NCBI GenBank assembly: GCA_002104905.1
Contig: MCFE01000249.1
Span: 1-64,000 of the forward strand
Source: Basidiobolus meristosporus CBS 931.73
Lineage: Eukaryota > Fungi > Basidiobolomycota
DNA: 64,000 bases
Direction: 5' to 3'
In this document: in pieces, positions 1 to 11,554 of the stretch
Position numbering within the stretch: the stretch's first letter is position 1
Layout: each line of letters starts with the position of its first letter
Translations under genes and position numbers: made by a program
The notes under the pieces: generated by a model
Databases searched by the model: none
Told to the model about the DNA's origin: nothing
The model's input: the letters and a program-made list of their open reading frames with translations, nothing else

Positions 1-1265
1 TTGCTTTGTATCTTTCATTTGTACAATCAGCCTTGTATTTTGTCTTGAAGACCCATCTGCATCCAATTAATTTTTGGTTGATTGGTAATTTGACCAAGTC
101 CCAAGTTTGATTTTCCATCAGGGCCTGATATTCCTCAGTCATTGCGGATCTCCAAAACTTCATCTGAGGGCTATTTAGGGCCTCTTCTACAGTCTGGGGT
201 TCATCAACATGGACTGAATAGGCATAGGCCAAGTTTGTACCCTCATTGATATAGTAATTTGGGCTATTTCTTGTCTGATTGGATCTCCAGGCATTTGATA
301 CAGGAATGATCACTTCTGGGATGTTTCTGGGGACTGATTCTGGCTGAACCATGGTTTTAGAGTCTTCTGGAGTGAAAAAATTCTCATTGTTTTGCTCTGA
401 TTCAATCCTGACAACTGGTGGATTTGGGATCAGATTTTTGTTACCATCTGATGTCATTTTTTGTGAAAATTTTGAATTTTCATCAAACAACACGTCCCTG
501 GACTTGATCAGCTTCTTTGCTTTGGGATTGTAGAGTTTGTATGCTTTACTCTGATTGCAGTAGCCCAAAAATATGCATTTTACACTTTTTGGCTCAGATT
601 TTGACTGATTTCCAGGCAGTTTCTTGGCATATGCTGAACACACAAATATTCTCAGATGCTCTGCACTTGGTCTGTGTCCATACCATGCCTCAAATGGAGT
701 ATAATCACAAAGTATTCTGTTATAACTCCTATTCTTAAGATATACAGCAGTGGCAACTGATTCTGCCCAAAAATCATATGATAATTTTTGATCATGGATC
801 ATAGATCTTGCCATATCAATTATTGATCTGTTAGCATGTTCTGCTACCCCATTTTGCTGTGGGGAGTATGGTACAGTAGTCTCTTGCTTTATCCCATGAA
901 TTTTGCAGAAGTTGATGAAGAGTTTTGAGGTATATTCTCCACCATTGTCAGAGCATACTTTCTTGAATTTTTTCATCAGTTTCTCTCTCCACCATGGCTT
1001 TAAACTCCCTGAACTTAGACAGAGCTTCCTCCTTTCCCTCCATCAAGTAGGCCCATGTGTATCTTGTATAATCATCAATAAAGTGACTAAATACTTCATC
1101 CCGCCTAAGGATAAATTTTGCATAGGTTCACACAGATCTGAGTGAATTAGAACTAATTTTTTCTTAGTTTTGATTAAACCAGAGCTCTTGAACAGTTGTC
1201 TGGCTTGTTTCCCATATATGCAGGCTTCACAGTGCTCCAAACTAGCTGGGGGATCAATTTTTACT
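1..1265 (-). mobile_element. Ty1/copia internal fragment (integrase through start of RT), inverted; continues off the left edge
   Basis: Reverse complement matches about 2190-3451 of the plus-strand element (roughly 93-95% in two 60-bp samples). ORF 1043..1240 (-) reads HCEACIYGKQARQLFKSSGLIKTKKKLVLIHSDLCEPM. Confidence 0.93.
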
Positions 1266-4200
1266 TACAGAATTGCCCTGCTGGTAGATGAGATGGAATC
1301 TGTGGGTGTACCAACTACTGATGAGGATGTGATAGTAACCATCCTGAATAGCCTGACAGACAAGTTTCAGGGCCTGGTATCAGCCCTAGAGTCCAGAACT
1401 GAAGATTTGACCTTAAATTACGTATATGGAAGGCTCCTGGATGAAGAATTAACAAAATCAAGCGCCAATAAGAAGGAAGAAGAAAATGCTTTAATAAGCA
1501 ATGATAACCAACAAAGGAGGTACCCAAGACCCTACAAAGGCAACAGCAACCTGTTTTGTAACTACTGCAAAAGGAAAGGACACACATCAGACCAGTGTCT
1601 CCAAAAGAAAGATAATCAGCAAAAGAAGCCTGAATATGAAAATGCTGCAACAACTGAAGATAGACTATCCATATCTGCACTAAGTATGACCACAAACAAG
1701 GATTCTCAGATGTGGTATATTGACTCTGGAGCATCTCAGCACTTTACCCACCATAAAGAACTGTTTACCCAATATCAAGAAATTTCAACTAAGAAGGTTT
1801 TCATGGGTGATGATAGAACACTTGATGTAATGGGAGAAGGAAATATCCAAGTAAACTTAAGAAGCAGTGAAGGAAGCCATACACTGACCTTTAAAGAAGT
1901 ACTCTATGTACCAGAAATAGCCAAGAACCTACTCTCTGTAAGCAAGGCCACAGCAGAAGGACTCAGTTTCAGTTTTGACAATTCTGGATGCAGGATCACT
2001 GATCAAAATGGTGCCATATTGCTTTGGGCATCAGAGATCAGAATCTATACAAGTTGACTTACATTCCATCATATTTGGAGGCCAATAAAAGTAACTTAAA
2101 TGAAGAAACACCAATGCTTTGGCACAGGAGATTTGGGCACATCAATTTTGATTATTTGCGTAAAATGATCAAAGATCAGATAATTTCTGGAGTGAAAATT
2201 GATCCCCCAGCTAATTTGGAGCACTGTGAAGCCTGCATATATGGGAGACAAGCCAGAAAATCATTCAAGAGCTCTGGGTTAATCAAAACTAAGAAAAAAT
2301 TAGATCTAATTCACTCAGATCTGTGTGGACCTATGCAAAGTTTATCCTTAGGCAGGATGAAGTATTTAATCACTTTTATTGATGATTATACAAGATACAC
2401 ATGGGTCTACTTCATGGAGCAAAAGGAAGAAGCTCTGTCTAAATTCAGGGAGTTCAAAGCCATGGTGGAGAGAGAAACTGGTGAAAAAATCAAGAAAATG
2501 TGCTCTGACAATGGTGGAGAATATACCTCAAAACTCTTCATCCACTTCTGCAAAATTCATAGGATAAAGCAAGAGACTACTGTACCATACTCCCCACAGC
2601 AAAATGGAGTAGCTGAACAAGCTAACAGATCAATAATTGATGTGGCAAGATCTATGATCCATGATCAAAAATTATCCTATGATTTTTGGGCGGAATCAGT
2701 TGCCACTGTTGTATATCTTAAAAATAGGAGTTATAACAGAATACTTTGTGATTATACTCCATTTGAAGCATGGTATGGATACAGACCAAGTGCGGAACAT
2801 CTAAGAATATTTGGGTGTACAGCATATGCTAAAAAACTGGCCGGAAATCTGTCAAAATACAAGCCAAAAAGTGTAAAATGCATATTTTTGGGCTGCTGCA
2901 ATGAGAGTAAGGCATACAGACTCTACAATACCAAAGCAAAGAAGCTGATCAAGTTCAGGGATGTGTTGTTTGATGAAATTCAAAATTTTCACAAAAAATG
3001 ACATCAGATGATGATGAAAATTTGATCTCAAGTCCACCAATTGTCAGGATTGAATCAGAGCAAAACAATGAAACTTTTTTCACTCCAGAGGACTCTACAA
3101 CCATGGTTCAGCCAGAATCAGTGCCCAGGAATATCCCAGAGGTGATCATTCCAGTATCAAATGCCTGGAGATCCAATCAGACCAGAAATAGCCCAAATTA
3201 CTTTATCAATGAGGGTACAAACTTAGCCTATTCCTATTCAGTCCATATTGATGAGCCCCAGACTGTAAAAGAGGCCCTAAATAGCCCTCAGACAAAGTTT
3301 TGGAGATCTGCAATGACTGAGGAATATCAGGCCCTAATGAAAAAAAACTTAGGACTTAGTCAAATTACAAATCAACCAAAATCAATTGGATGCAGATGGG
3401 TCTTCAAGACAAAATACAAGGCTGATGGTACAATTGAGAGATACAAAGCAAGACTTGTAGCCAAAGGATACCCTCAAACAAAAGGACTTGACTATACTGA
3501 GACCTTTGCACCGGTGACCAAGTTTAATTCCATCAGATTAATCTTGGCTATTGAAGACAAATATAAGTTTTTTATTCATCAAATGGATGTAAAAACTACA
3601 TTTTTGAATGGAGAACTTGATGAGGACATGTGTATGGACTAGCCTGATGGGTTTGTTGACCAAGATAACCCCCATTTGGTCTGCAAGCTTAAAAAGTCAT
3701 TATATGGTCTCAAACAATCACCAAGAGCCTGGAATTGCAAGATAGATTCTTATTTGGAATCTTTGAGTTTCAAAAGAAGTAATGCTGACTATAGTATATA
3801 CTATAAGCCAGATAGAGCAAATCCAGTTCTATTAGCTCTATATGTGGATGATCTTATTATAGCCCCAATAACCTAGAAACATTGGAAGAGACTAAATCCA
3901 GCCTATCTAAGGAGTTCAAGATGTCTGATTTAGGAGAACTTAGTTACTACTTAGGGATTAAGTTCTCCATAAACAGAAGTACCCAGACTATTACCCTAAG
4001 CCAATCCAAGTATATTCAAGATATACTAAAGAAGTACAAAATGGAAGACTGTAAACCGGCAGCTACCCCAATGGAGACAAACCTTAACTTGGTCAAAACT
4101 CAACCAAATCAAGAGAGCTTAATGCCATCTGAAAGCCCTGACTTTCCTTATCAATTTATGGTCGGCAGTCTGATGTATATCATGCTTAGAACACGTCCAG

Positions 4201-4817
4201 ATATCTCTTATTCAGTGGGAGGTGTCAGCCAACATAATCAGAACTATGGATCTGATCATATTGCAGCAGTCAAGTGGATTTTTAGATACCTAAAAGGAAC
4301 TGCTGATATTTGCTTAAGATACACTTATAAGGACTCAGAACAAGATCTTGTGGGATACTCTGATGCAGATTGGGGACAAAATTTAGAAGACAGAAGATCC
4401 ACCACAGGATACACCTTTCTTTACTATAAAGGAGCAATTTCATGGAATTCAAGAAAGCAACCAACCATAGCACTTTCCACCACAGAGGCAGAGTATATGG
4501 CAGCCTGTGAAGCTACAAAAGAAGTAATTTGGTTAAGAAAGCTGCTTACAGATTTAGGCCTTTGTCAAAAAATGCCTATTACTTTATTTCAAGATAATCA
4601 AGGATGTATACAATTAGGTAGAAATCCAACTTTTCATGCTAGAACCAAGCACATAGATATTAGGCATCATTTCATACATGAAGCTATAGAGAATAACTTA
4701 GTTAGCTTAGTTTACTGTCCTACAGATGAAATGATTGCAGACATATTTACCAAACCATTAGCTAGAGACAAGTTTGAATATCTTAGGTCAAAATTAGGAC
4801 TAGTCAGTATGAACATT

Positions 4818-4831
4818 AAGCTGAGTGGGAG
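4818..4831 (+). other. Polypurine tract of the copia element
   Basis: Purine-rich AAGCTGAGTGGGAG directly precedes the TG of the 3' LTR. Confidence 0.7.
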
Positions 4832-5180
4832 TGTTGTAAAAGTTTGTATTTCCACCTAAATATTCACCTAACTTGGTCACTTAGATCATTACCTTCAAAT
4901 CCTAGAGAATACTGACCAAATTCCTTGTTGGGATTTACTTAGAATATTTTCACCAAAATACCAGGTTCCCAGAACATAAAAATTCTCGAAGTTGTCCAAA
5001 CAGCCCCAAACTTTGCACACATGCTCTTGGGACCTTCCTTAGCCTATTCTATGTGTTTGTAATGCCAAGATCAGGTAAAAGTATAAATACTACTTTTACA
5101 TTCAATAAATCATTAAGTGAAAACCATATTATCTACTTGTTCTCCCAATCACTTCCAATATCTCCAAGACTCTTACAACA
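4832..5180 (+). repeat. 3' LTR (LTR1, 349 bp)
   Basis: TGTTGTAA...TTACAACA termini, internal TATAAATA and AATAAA, follows RNase H and PPT; homologous to the LTRs at 8673, 9638 and 10046. Confidence 0.93.
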
Positions 5181-5939
5181 AAAGCAAGCTGTTGTCCATC
5201 TACTCTTCTGCTGCTGTAAGTAATAGGGTTTGGTTAGGAAGCAGTCAACTTTGCATTATTTTTTGGTGGCATATATATGGGAGTAAGTCAGTCCAAAGGA
5301 GAAATTTCGGTACATATGCATGTGTATGTGGTGTCAAAATTCTACAATGCTTACTATGGTAGGTCATCATCAAATCTGGCATCCATGTAAGTGCAATGTC
5401 TCAAATAAAAGACTGGCGTAAATTCATATGAATGTTGACAAAAAAGTGATATAATAGAGTTACATTGCTCAGTGTCAAACTGTTTACCCTATGAAGAAGG
5501 CTACATTAATTCAATGCCATAAGAGAAGAGAAAAAAGACCATGTGGCTATTATAGCAAGCCTCTCAGCCATGAAGCATACAGACAGAATAGGAAGCAATA
5601 CAAAGATCACAGGCAGTGTTTTGCCACACAAGCTGTATTTTATCACTCAGCAATCACTATTCTATGAACAATATCTTGCTAGCCACTTGATACTTCTAAA
5701 ACAGCACCTAGCTGTACTTGTGACCTTGCACAAACTGAGTCAGGTGAGTTTGTGGCACCATTAGGCTCACCTCAGCATTCTGAATATGGCATGCAGAATG
5801 ATAGCTTTGAAGAAGAAAGCTCACTCATTGTGAGCCTATCTCCCCCAACAAAAGTACCCTGTATGAGCCTGCCAAAATCCCAATCTGTAATTAAACAACA
5901 ATCACAGAAAGTGCCACAGATACTTTCTGGAGCCAAGTG

Positions 5940-7620
5940 AGCCTGGTAATCCGCCTACTGGTGAATGATGTGATATTGTGGCTAGAGAAGTGGCATGTTT
6001 CCACAAATATCAGTGATGGGGCTTTGAGGATATATTACTACTTCTTGCAAAAATCACTCTGGGATGCAACTTACCATGTACATGATACAAATGGACAGCT
6101 GTCATGTGACTGGCAACATATGACCCAGAGACCATGCTGCTACCAGCATGTGTCAACAGTTGCATGACATTCATATCAAAGAATGCTACCATTACACAGT
6201 GTCCAACTTGTCAGGAATCCACCACCATAGGAGGAAAACACTGTTCACACTCTGGATATTTTCCATTAATATCCCATTTAAAGAAGCTTATGCAGTCCAA
6301 CAAATATTGTGAAGCTATCAAGTACAGCAGTCAGTATCAATCAAGTGCAAATATTTCCAATATTTTGATGGTAAATATCATCAACAACTAAGAAGCAAGG
6401 CCTACCTTGAAGGTATATATGACCATGCCTTTGCCTTGGCACTTAATGGATTCACATTAAACAGGTACTCAACCAGCAGATTCTACTGGCCACTGATTCT
6501 CATCAAGCTGAATCTGCTGCCTATTATACAGTATCAATGCAGAAATCTGATGGTAGTCTAAATGGTATCTGGGCCTAAATAACCATCCAACCTAGACAGC
6601 TACCTGTATCCATTGCTTGATGAATTTTGTATGCTTTCCACCATGATACAACTAAATGGCTGTCATATCAAAGTGCATATTATTATCTGCATAGGAGATA
6701 CATCAGCCATCAGCAAGATGGCTGGCTTTTCTAGGCACAATTGATGGCATTGCTGTCAAATTAGTGCAATTCTGGGGATTTACTCAACAATTCACACACA
6801 TTGTTATGATCCATATATCATCACTAGGAACATCATCTTCCCATGGAGAGAACATACAGAAGTCAGTATGCAATTGCAGCAAAGTTGGCAAGCTATAAGC
6901 TGTTGGCTGGAATATAGATTCAATCAGAAACTGAAGATACTTAAGATAGAGTGTATCTGCTGGAGCAAAAGCTTTCCAATGGGAGCAATGCATTTGCTCT
7001 CAGCAATATCCCTATTCTAATGACCAAGTTGCAAATGGGGCATTTCAAGCTGAATGGGCCCTTTGAGATGCCAGAAGAATTTGAAAGAATTGGCAAGATA
7101 TTACAGTGTATCTGCTACCCAAATTACTTCTCACAGGTTCCAATCAATATTCATATGAATATGCAACAATACAAATGCAAGGACTGAATGAAGTGGATGT
7201 GTACTTATCCAAGTGGCCTTCTAAAGCCATCTCTACCAAGAGTACATGGGAAGCCTTGGGAGTTATACATTGACATTGAAGGAATATTTATTCAGAAGTG
7301 GATCAACAATGTCAACTTGATGCAACTAAAGCTTTTATGCAAGGAGTTTTGATGGGATTTGAGTGGCTATACTACATGCATAAAGCTGAACATATATATC
7401 TCTGCTATTACTGTATCCATTCTCTACTGCATCTTGCTTGGAGTGTAGAAAATGTTGGGACTTGCTTCACCTTTTGGGGGCTTTCTATTGAGTGGATGTG
7501 TGGGATGAGAGGAAGACAAGTCAAGTTGCAGGTACTACCATATCCCAATCTCATCAAGAATATTGCTGTCTAGTCCATCATGAATGTGATGAGTTGGCAC
7601 ATGAAGCACAGCTAGGAAGA
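5940..7620 (+). mobile_element. Decayed CACTA/EnSpm-type transposase (Transposase_21/tnp2-like) pseudogene; boundaries approximate
   Basis: Fragmented motifs in expected order: CVNSCMTF..CPTCQE, YFPLISHLKKL, FALALNGF..WPLILIKLNL..GPK*PSNLDSYLYPLLDEF, GDTSAISKMAGFSRHN, IHSLLHLA..VG..FTFWGLSIEWMCG. Many stops; no TIRs identified. Confidence 0.8.
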
Positions 7621-8552
7621 GTTGGAAAGTACTGAGGACAGATGTGCTCATGGAGACACCTATGCCCTTGGCATTAAGAAGCTAGGAAGCCCTAATGAGT
7701 GGGTAACCAGTCAAGTAATGCAAAGTTGGGCCAGGCACAACAAGCAACTAATTTTTAGTAAGGCAACTTTACCAAAGTATTCCAGGTTTCTCTTGGTCAC
7801 AAGCAAGTTTCTAAACCACTCAATATGGAATTCACACAAATACAAGCCAGAGTGCACCTATAAGGGGGATTAGAATCCAGCTGGGAGAAGGAATATATTG
7901 ATAAATACTAAGAAGTTCTTTGTGGATATTCAGGTGGTATTCATGGTAAAAGTGGTGGCAACTGAGCATATGTTTGTAAGATATATATGTGACCAGCAAT
8001 ACAAGATATATGGCAACATTGCAAGTATCACACTAAAAAGCTAAAAAGTTGAGGTGATAGAAGTCTGTTAATTACAATGGGTGTGTGTGTATGTAGAGGT
8101 TAGTAAGCAGGAGGCCATAGTTTTTTTGATCCATACTATGTGTGGAATACCCAAGGTAGTAGTGGGTAAGCAAATAAAGTGGGGTGATGCTACAGTGGAT
8201 TATATGGATGGTGCAGGGGAGGTAGAAAAGCAAGTACCATTTGGTAGATTGGTATGGTAGCATAATACAGAACTAGCTGTAGGCTGCTGTACTGCTGCTA
8301 TAATGCCAATGAAGATTTGTAATGAGGCCATAAGTACACCATCAAGTTTCTTGCCATATATGGCTCTTAAACACCATCTGGTTTTTTACTATACTTGGCA
8401 GTAAAATCAGCAAAATACTGTCACAATCCTGCTGTAAGATTGTGTGGAGAGTCAATAATTCCAAGCTACTGGCATTATGACAGATGCATTGCAGGATCCT
8501 GATGGCTGATCTGGATTGGATCCACCTTCAAGACCAAGTCATCATTCAAAAG

Positions 8553-9228
8553 GGAAGTGAGTGGGAGAACAAGTAGCCTGTGTGGTACTCTACTTAATGA
8601 ATCAGTGAACTTATAAGTGATATTTATACTTTTACATGATTTTAGCAGAGCAAACATGCAGAATACATTAGGTGTTGTAAGAGTCTTGGAGATATTGGAA
8701 GTGATTGGGTGAACAAGTAGATTTTGTGATTTTCACTTAATGATTTATTGAATGTAAAAGTAGTATTTATACTTTTACCTGGTCTTGGCATTACAAACAC
8801 GTAGAATAGGTTAAGAAAGGTCCAAGAACATGTGTGCAAAGCTTGGGCTGTTTGGACAACTTTGAGAATTTTCATGTTCTGGGTATCTGGTATTTTGGTG
8901 AAAATATTCTAAGTTAATCCAACAAGGAATTTGGTCAGTATTCTCTAGGATTTGAAGGTGATGATCTAAGTGACTAAGTTAGGTGAATATTTAGGTGGAA
9001 ATACAAATTTTACAACATTAGGAAGGTCCCAAGAGTCTGTGTGCAAAGTTTGGATCTGATTGGACAACTTTTAGAAACTACATGTTCTGGTTGCCTGATG
9101 TTTTTGTGAGAATCTTTGAAGTAAGTCTTAACAAGGAGTTTGGGCAGAGCTTTCTAAGCTCTTTTAGGTCATGATCTGAGTGACCAAGCTTGGTGGTTAC
9201 TTAGGAGTAATTACAGATCCTTTCAACA
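8553..9228 (-). repeat. Older, diverged LTR of the same family, interrupted by a younger solo LTR
   Basis: 8553-8672 and 9023-9228 are colinear with the LTR consensus on either side of the insertion. One end reads TGTTGAAAG on the minus strand; the other end is not recognisable. Confidence 0.75.
8673..9017 (-). mobile_element. Solo LTR (LTR2, 345 bp) with perfect 5-bp target-site duplication TTAGG
   Basis: TGTTGTAA..TACAACA termini; TTAGG at 8668-8672 and 9018-9022; roughly 93% identical to LTR1. Confidence 0.92.
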
Positions 9229-9637
9229 CAAAATTCAAGCTTTTTTGGGACAATACCTCCCTTTCTGAAGCACCAGTGTGATGAGTGTCCTCTCCTTTTG
9301 CAGAAGCTAAACACCAGGTTTTGTCTTCTAATGCACTCCAGGTATCCTTTGCTGCTTTGGCTCTGGAGCATTTGACTAGCAGTATGTCTTTGACATTAAG
9401 ACAGATACAGTGAAAACCACTTTGTTCTTTCTTCTGTTACTATGAGTCTGTCTCCTTCACCTCTAAGAGGGCACTCTCTTCCCATGACTATCTCCCAGAG
9501 GTATCTTTCCTATTGAGGTATTTTATCTTCACCTTTCAGACATGGTAATTAGATCCTTGCAACTCTTCAGCAAAGAAAGCATCCCAGTAATAGTAGTAAT
9601 ATGCATTTGAGAGAGTGACAGCTTAGGCATCATAGCT
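9229..9637 (-). mobile_element. Internally deleted copia remnant: degenerate PBS plus gag fragments
   Basis: Minus strand gives EELQGSNYHV*KVKIKYL, KAAKDTWSALED and a knuckle-like FCKRRGHSSHWC. AGCTATGATGCC immediately after LTR3 resembles the GGTTATGAGCCC half-tRNAiMet PBS type (8/12). Confidence 0.7.
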
Positions 9638-9980
9638 TGTTGTAAGAATCTTGGAGATATTGGAAGTGATTGGGAGGACAAGTAGATTTTGTGGTTCTCA
9701 CTTAATGATTTATTGAATGTAAAAGCAGTATTTATGCTTTAACACAGTATTGGCAAAATAAACATGTAAAGTATGTTTGGTAGAGTTGCAAGAGCATTTA
9801 TGCAAATTCTGAGGCTATTTTGATAGCTCTGAGATTTTTCATGCCCTGGGTACCGGGTATTTTGGTGAGATATTCAGAGTCCTAATAAGGAAATTGGGCA
9901 GTATTCTCTAGGACTTGTAAGCTATTATCTAAGCCACTAAGCTAGGTTAGTATTTAGGTGTGATTATAAAATTTAAAACA
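9638..9980 (-). repeat. LTR3, probable 5' LTR of the deleted minus-strand copia
   Basis: Homologous to LTR1/2; flanks TAGCT/ATATA are not a TSD; followed on the minus strand by PBS-like and gag sequence. Confidence 0.85.
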
Positions 9981-10045
9981 ATATACACTTATGCCCATAC
10001 AACCCTATTCTAGTGAACTAAAAACACAATGAGTGCTACAAAAGC

Positions 10046-10390
10046 TATGGTAAATTTGTAATTACACCCAAGTAATTGCTTGGCTAATTTACCTATATAA
10101 CAGTCTACAAATGTTAAGGAATCTGGGGCAAGTTCCTTGTTGAGATTTACTTTGCATACTTCACCAAAATATCTGGCACACCGGACATAAAAAGTCTCAG
10201 AGCTGTCTAAACAGCCCCGAGCTTTTCTCACATGTTCTTGCAACCTTCCTAAAAGTATTGTACATGCTTTTTTTGCTAGACCGTGTAAAAGTGTAAATAC
10301 TACTTTTGCATGCCATGAATCATAAAGTGAAAATCCCTTGATCAACTTGCTCTCCCGATCACATTCAATACTTCCAAAACTCTTACAACA
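10046..10390 (+). mobile_element. Diverged solo LTR (LTR4)
   Basis: Ends TTACAACA, degenerate start TATGGTAA; flanks AAAGC (10041-10045) and AAAGT (10391-10395) are a 4/5 TSD. Confidence 0.8.
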
Positions 10391-10669
10391 AAAGTAACTC
10401 CAGTAGATCACTACACCTCCCCAAAGCGGCATCATACTACCAATATATACAACAAGTGCGCAAATCCACAAAACGCTGTCTCCATAGAAGAAATGAAGAC
10501 AGGCTTAAAGCGGGATATTAAAGTTCGAGGAGTACACAAAGGCAGCTGTGACAAAAACAAAGAAGTAGCTTGAGCTAACAAAGGAACATATAAGATCATC
10601 ATGCTTTATTAAAGTAAAGATACAAGATAGGTAAGCTATTAATCCTGGTGCTAGAAAATGCTACAATAC

Positions 10670-11554
10670 CTATCTACGACGAGCAATGGTGGCAGTAATA
10701 TATCCTGCGGGGTCACTCACCGGTTGAAAAATGGTCATATCTTTGCCTTCGTTCATGAGCCGGAATGGCTTCAGGTTCACGCTGAGGTAGTGCTTGTTCG
10801 GTAGGGCATAGCTGATCTCCACAACATCCCCGTGGTTCGCCAACACCCGCTCTCCCATCTTGTACATGGTGGCTTGCACCGAGGCTGAGTCGTCAGTGGC
10901 GAAGGTGCTCAGGGTGATCTCTCGGACACCTGCACTGATCTGACTGAACGGGATCTCAGCGATCCTTGACGTGTTCAGGTCGTAAGTCCATCTGGCATCC
11001 ACACTGGTCGAGAAGATACGGTCATGCGCATCCTGGAGGGTGGTGTACTCGCATCGGTGGAAGTTGGTGAAGTTCGAGCCAGTGGACTTCAGCACAAGCA
11101 GGTCCTTCATACGCGACTCGATGCTCACTTGACCATCACGGCCAACTGTCAGCTCGACTCGTCTGGTGTCCTCCCCATCCCGGTAGAACGAATGGGGGTG
11201 ATGTTGGTCATCAATGGAGATACGCGACCAGCGATGTTGGATGATCTTCACATACACCCGCTCAACATGGGAGTACCTGTTGATGAAATGCTGGCCGATC
11301 TCATGACCAAATAGTTCGATCACCTCAACATTGTCGGACTTCTTGGCAAGGACATAGATGGTGTTCTTCACCGTGTCAGTGGGGACGATCACCGAGTTGT
11401 CTGCCTCGGTGTAAGACACCTCGAAATCCCCATCGAGCAGGACTTGACATGTGAGCTCGACAACATCATGCCAGTCCTTGGTATGGCGGATCACCTTGGT
11501 CAGACGGACATCAGTCTTGCCGTAGGCTTGCTTCTTCAGGTAGGCGCTGCTCAT
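10670..11554 (-). CDS. Urate oxidase (uricase), paralogue A copy 1, 294 aa, intronless
   Basis: YGK, PTDTVKNT, VLKSTGSNFTNF..EYTTL..DR, SVQATMY and LPNKHY motifs. TATATATAA about 55 nt upstream of MSSAY; AATAAA about 60 nt after the stop. Confidence 0.96.
   Translation of the reverse strand: MSSAYLKKQAYGKTDVRLTKVIRHTKDWHDVVELTCQVLLDGDFEVSYTEADNSVIVPTDTVKNTIYVLAKKSDNVEVIELFGHEIGQHFINRYSHVERVYVKIIQHRWSRISIDDQHHPHSFYRDGEDTRRVELTVGRDGQVSIESRMKDLLVLKSTGSNFTNFHRCEYTTLQDAHDRIFSTSVDARWTYDLNTSRIAEIPFSQISAGVREITLSTFATDDSASVQATMYKMGERVLANHGDVVEISYALPNKHYLSVNLKPFRLMNEGKDMTIFQPVSDPAGYITATIARRR

Larger units (their letters stand above)
1266..5180 (+). mobile_element. 5'-truncated, degenerate Ty1/copia LTR retrotransposon (gag-PR-INT-RT-RNaseH plus 3' LTR)
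   Basis: Copia domain order: gag, zinc knuckle CNYCKRKGHTSDQC, protease WYIDSGASQH, LWHRRFGH, integrase HSDLCGP/SDNGGEY/PQQNGVAE, RT YKARLVAKG/LYGLKQ/YVDD, RNase H YSDADW/EAEY/KHIDIRHHF. Frame breaks near 2020, 3000 and 3876, stop at 3640. Confidence 0.96.

Noticed and set aside
2000-3900. Programmed ribosomal frameshifting in the copia pol
   Set aside because: Several breaks plus an in-frame stop indicate decay or consensus errors; copia gag-pol is normally one frame.
5181-5185. AAAGC after LTR1 equals the left flank of LTR4
   Set aside because: Wrong order for a shared TSD; LTR4 has its own 4/5 TSD, and a 5-mer match in AT-rich DNA is expected by chance.
10010-10471. 153-aa minus-strand ORF
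   Set aside because: Lies across solo LTR4; no protein-like features.
10655-10672. Stop-codon readthrough creating a PTS1 on uricase A
   Set aside because: Readthrough gives only V-L-stop (A1) or S-stop (A2), and the context is not TGA-CTA.
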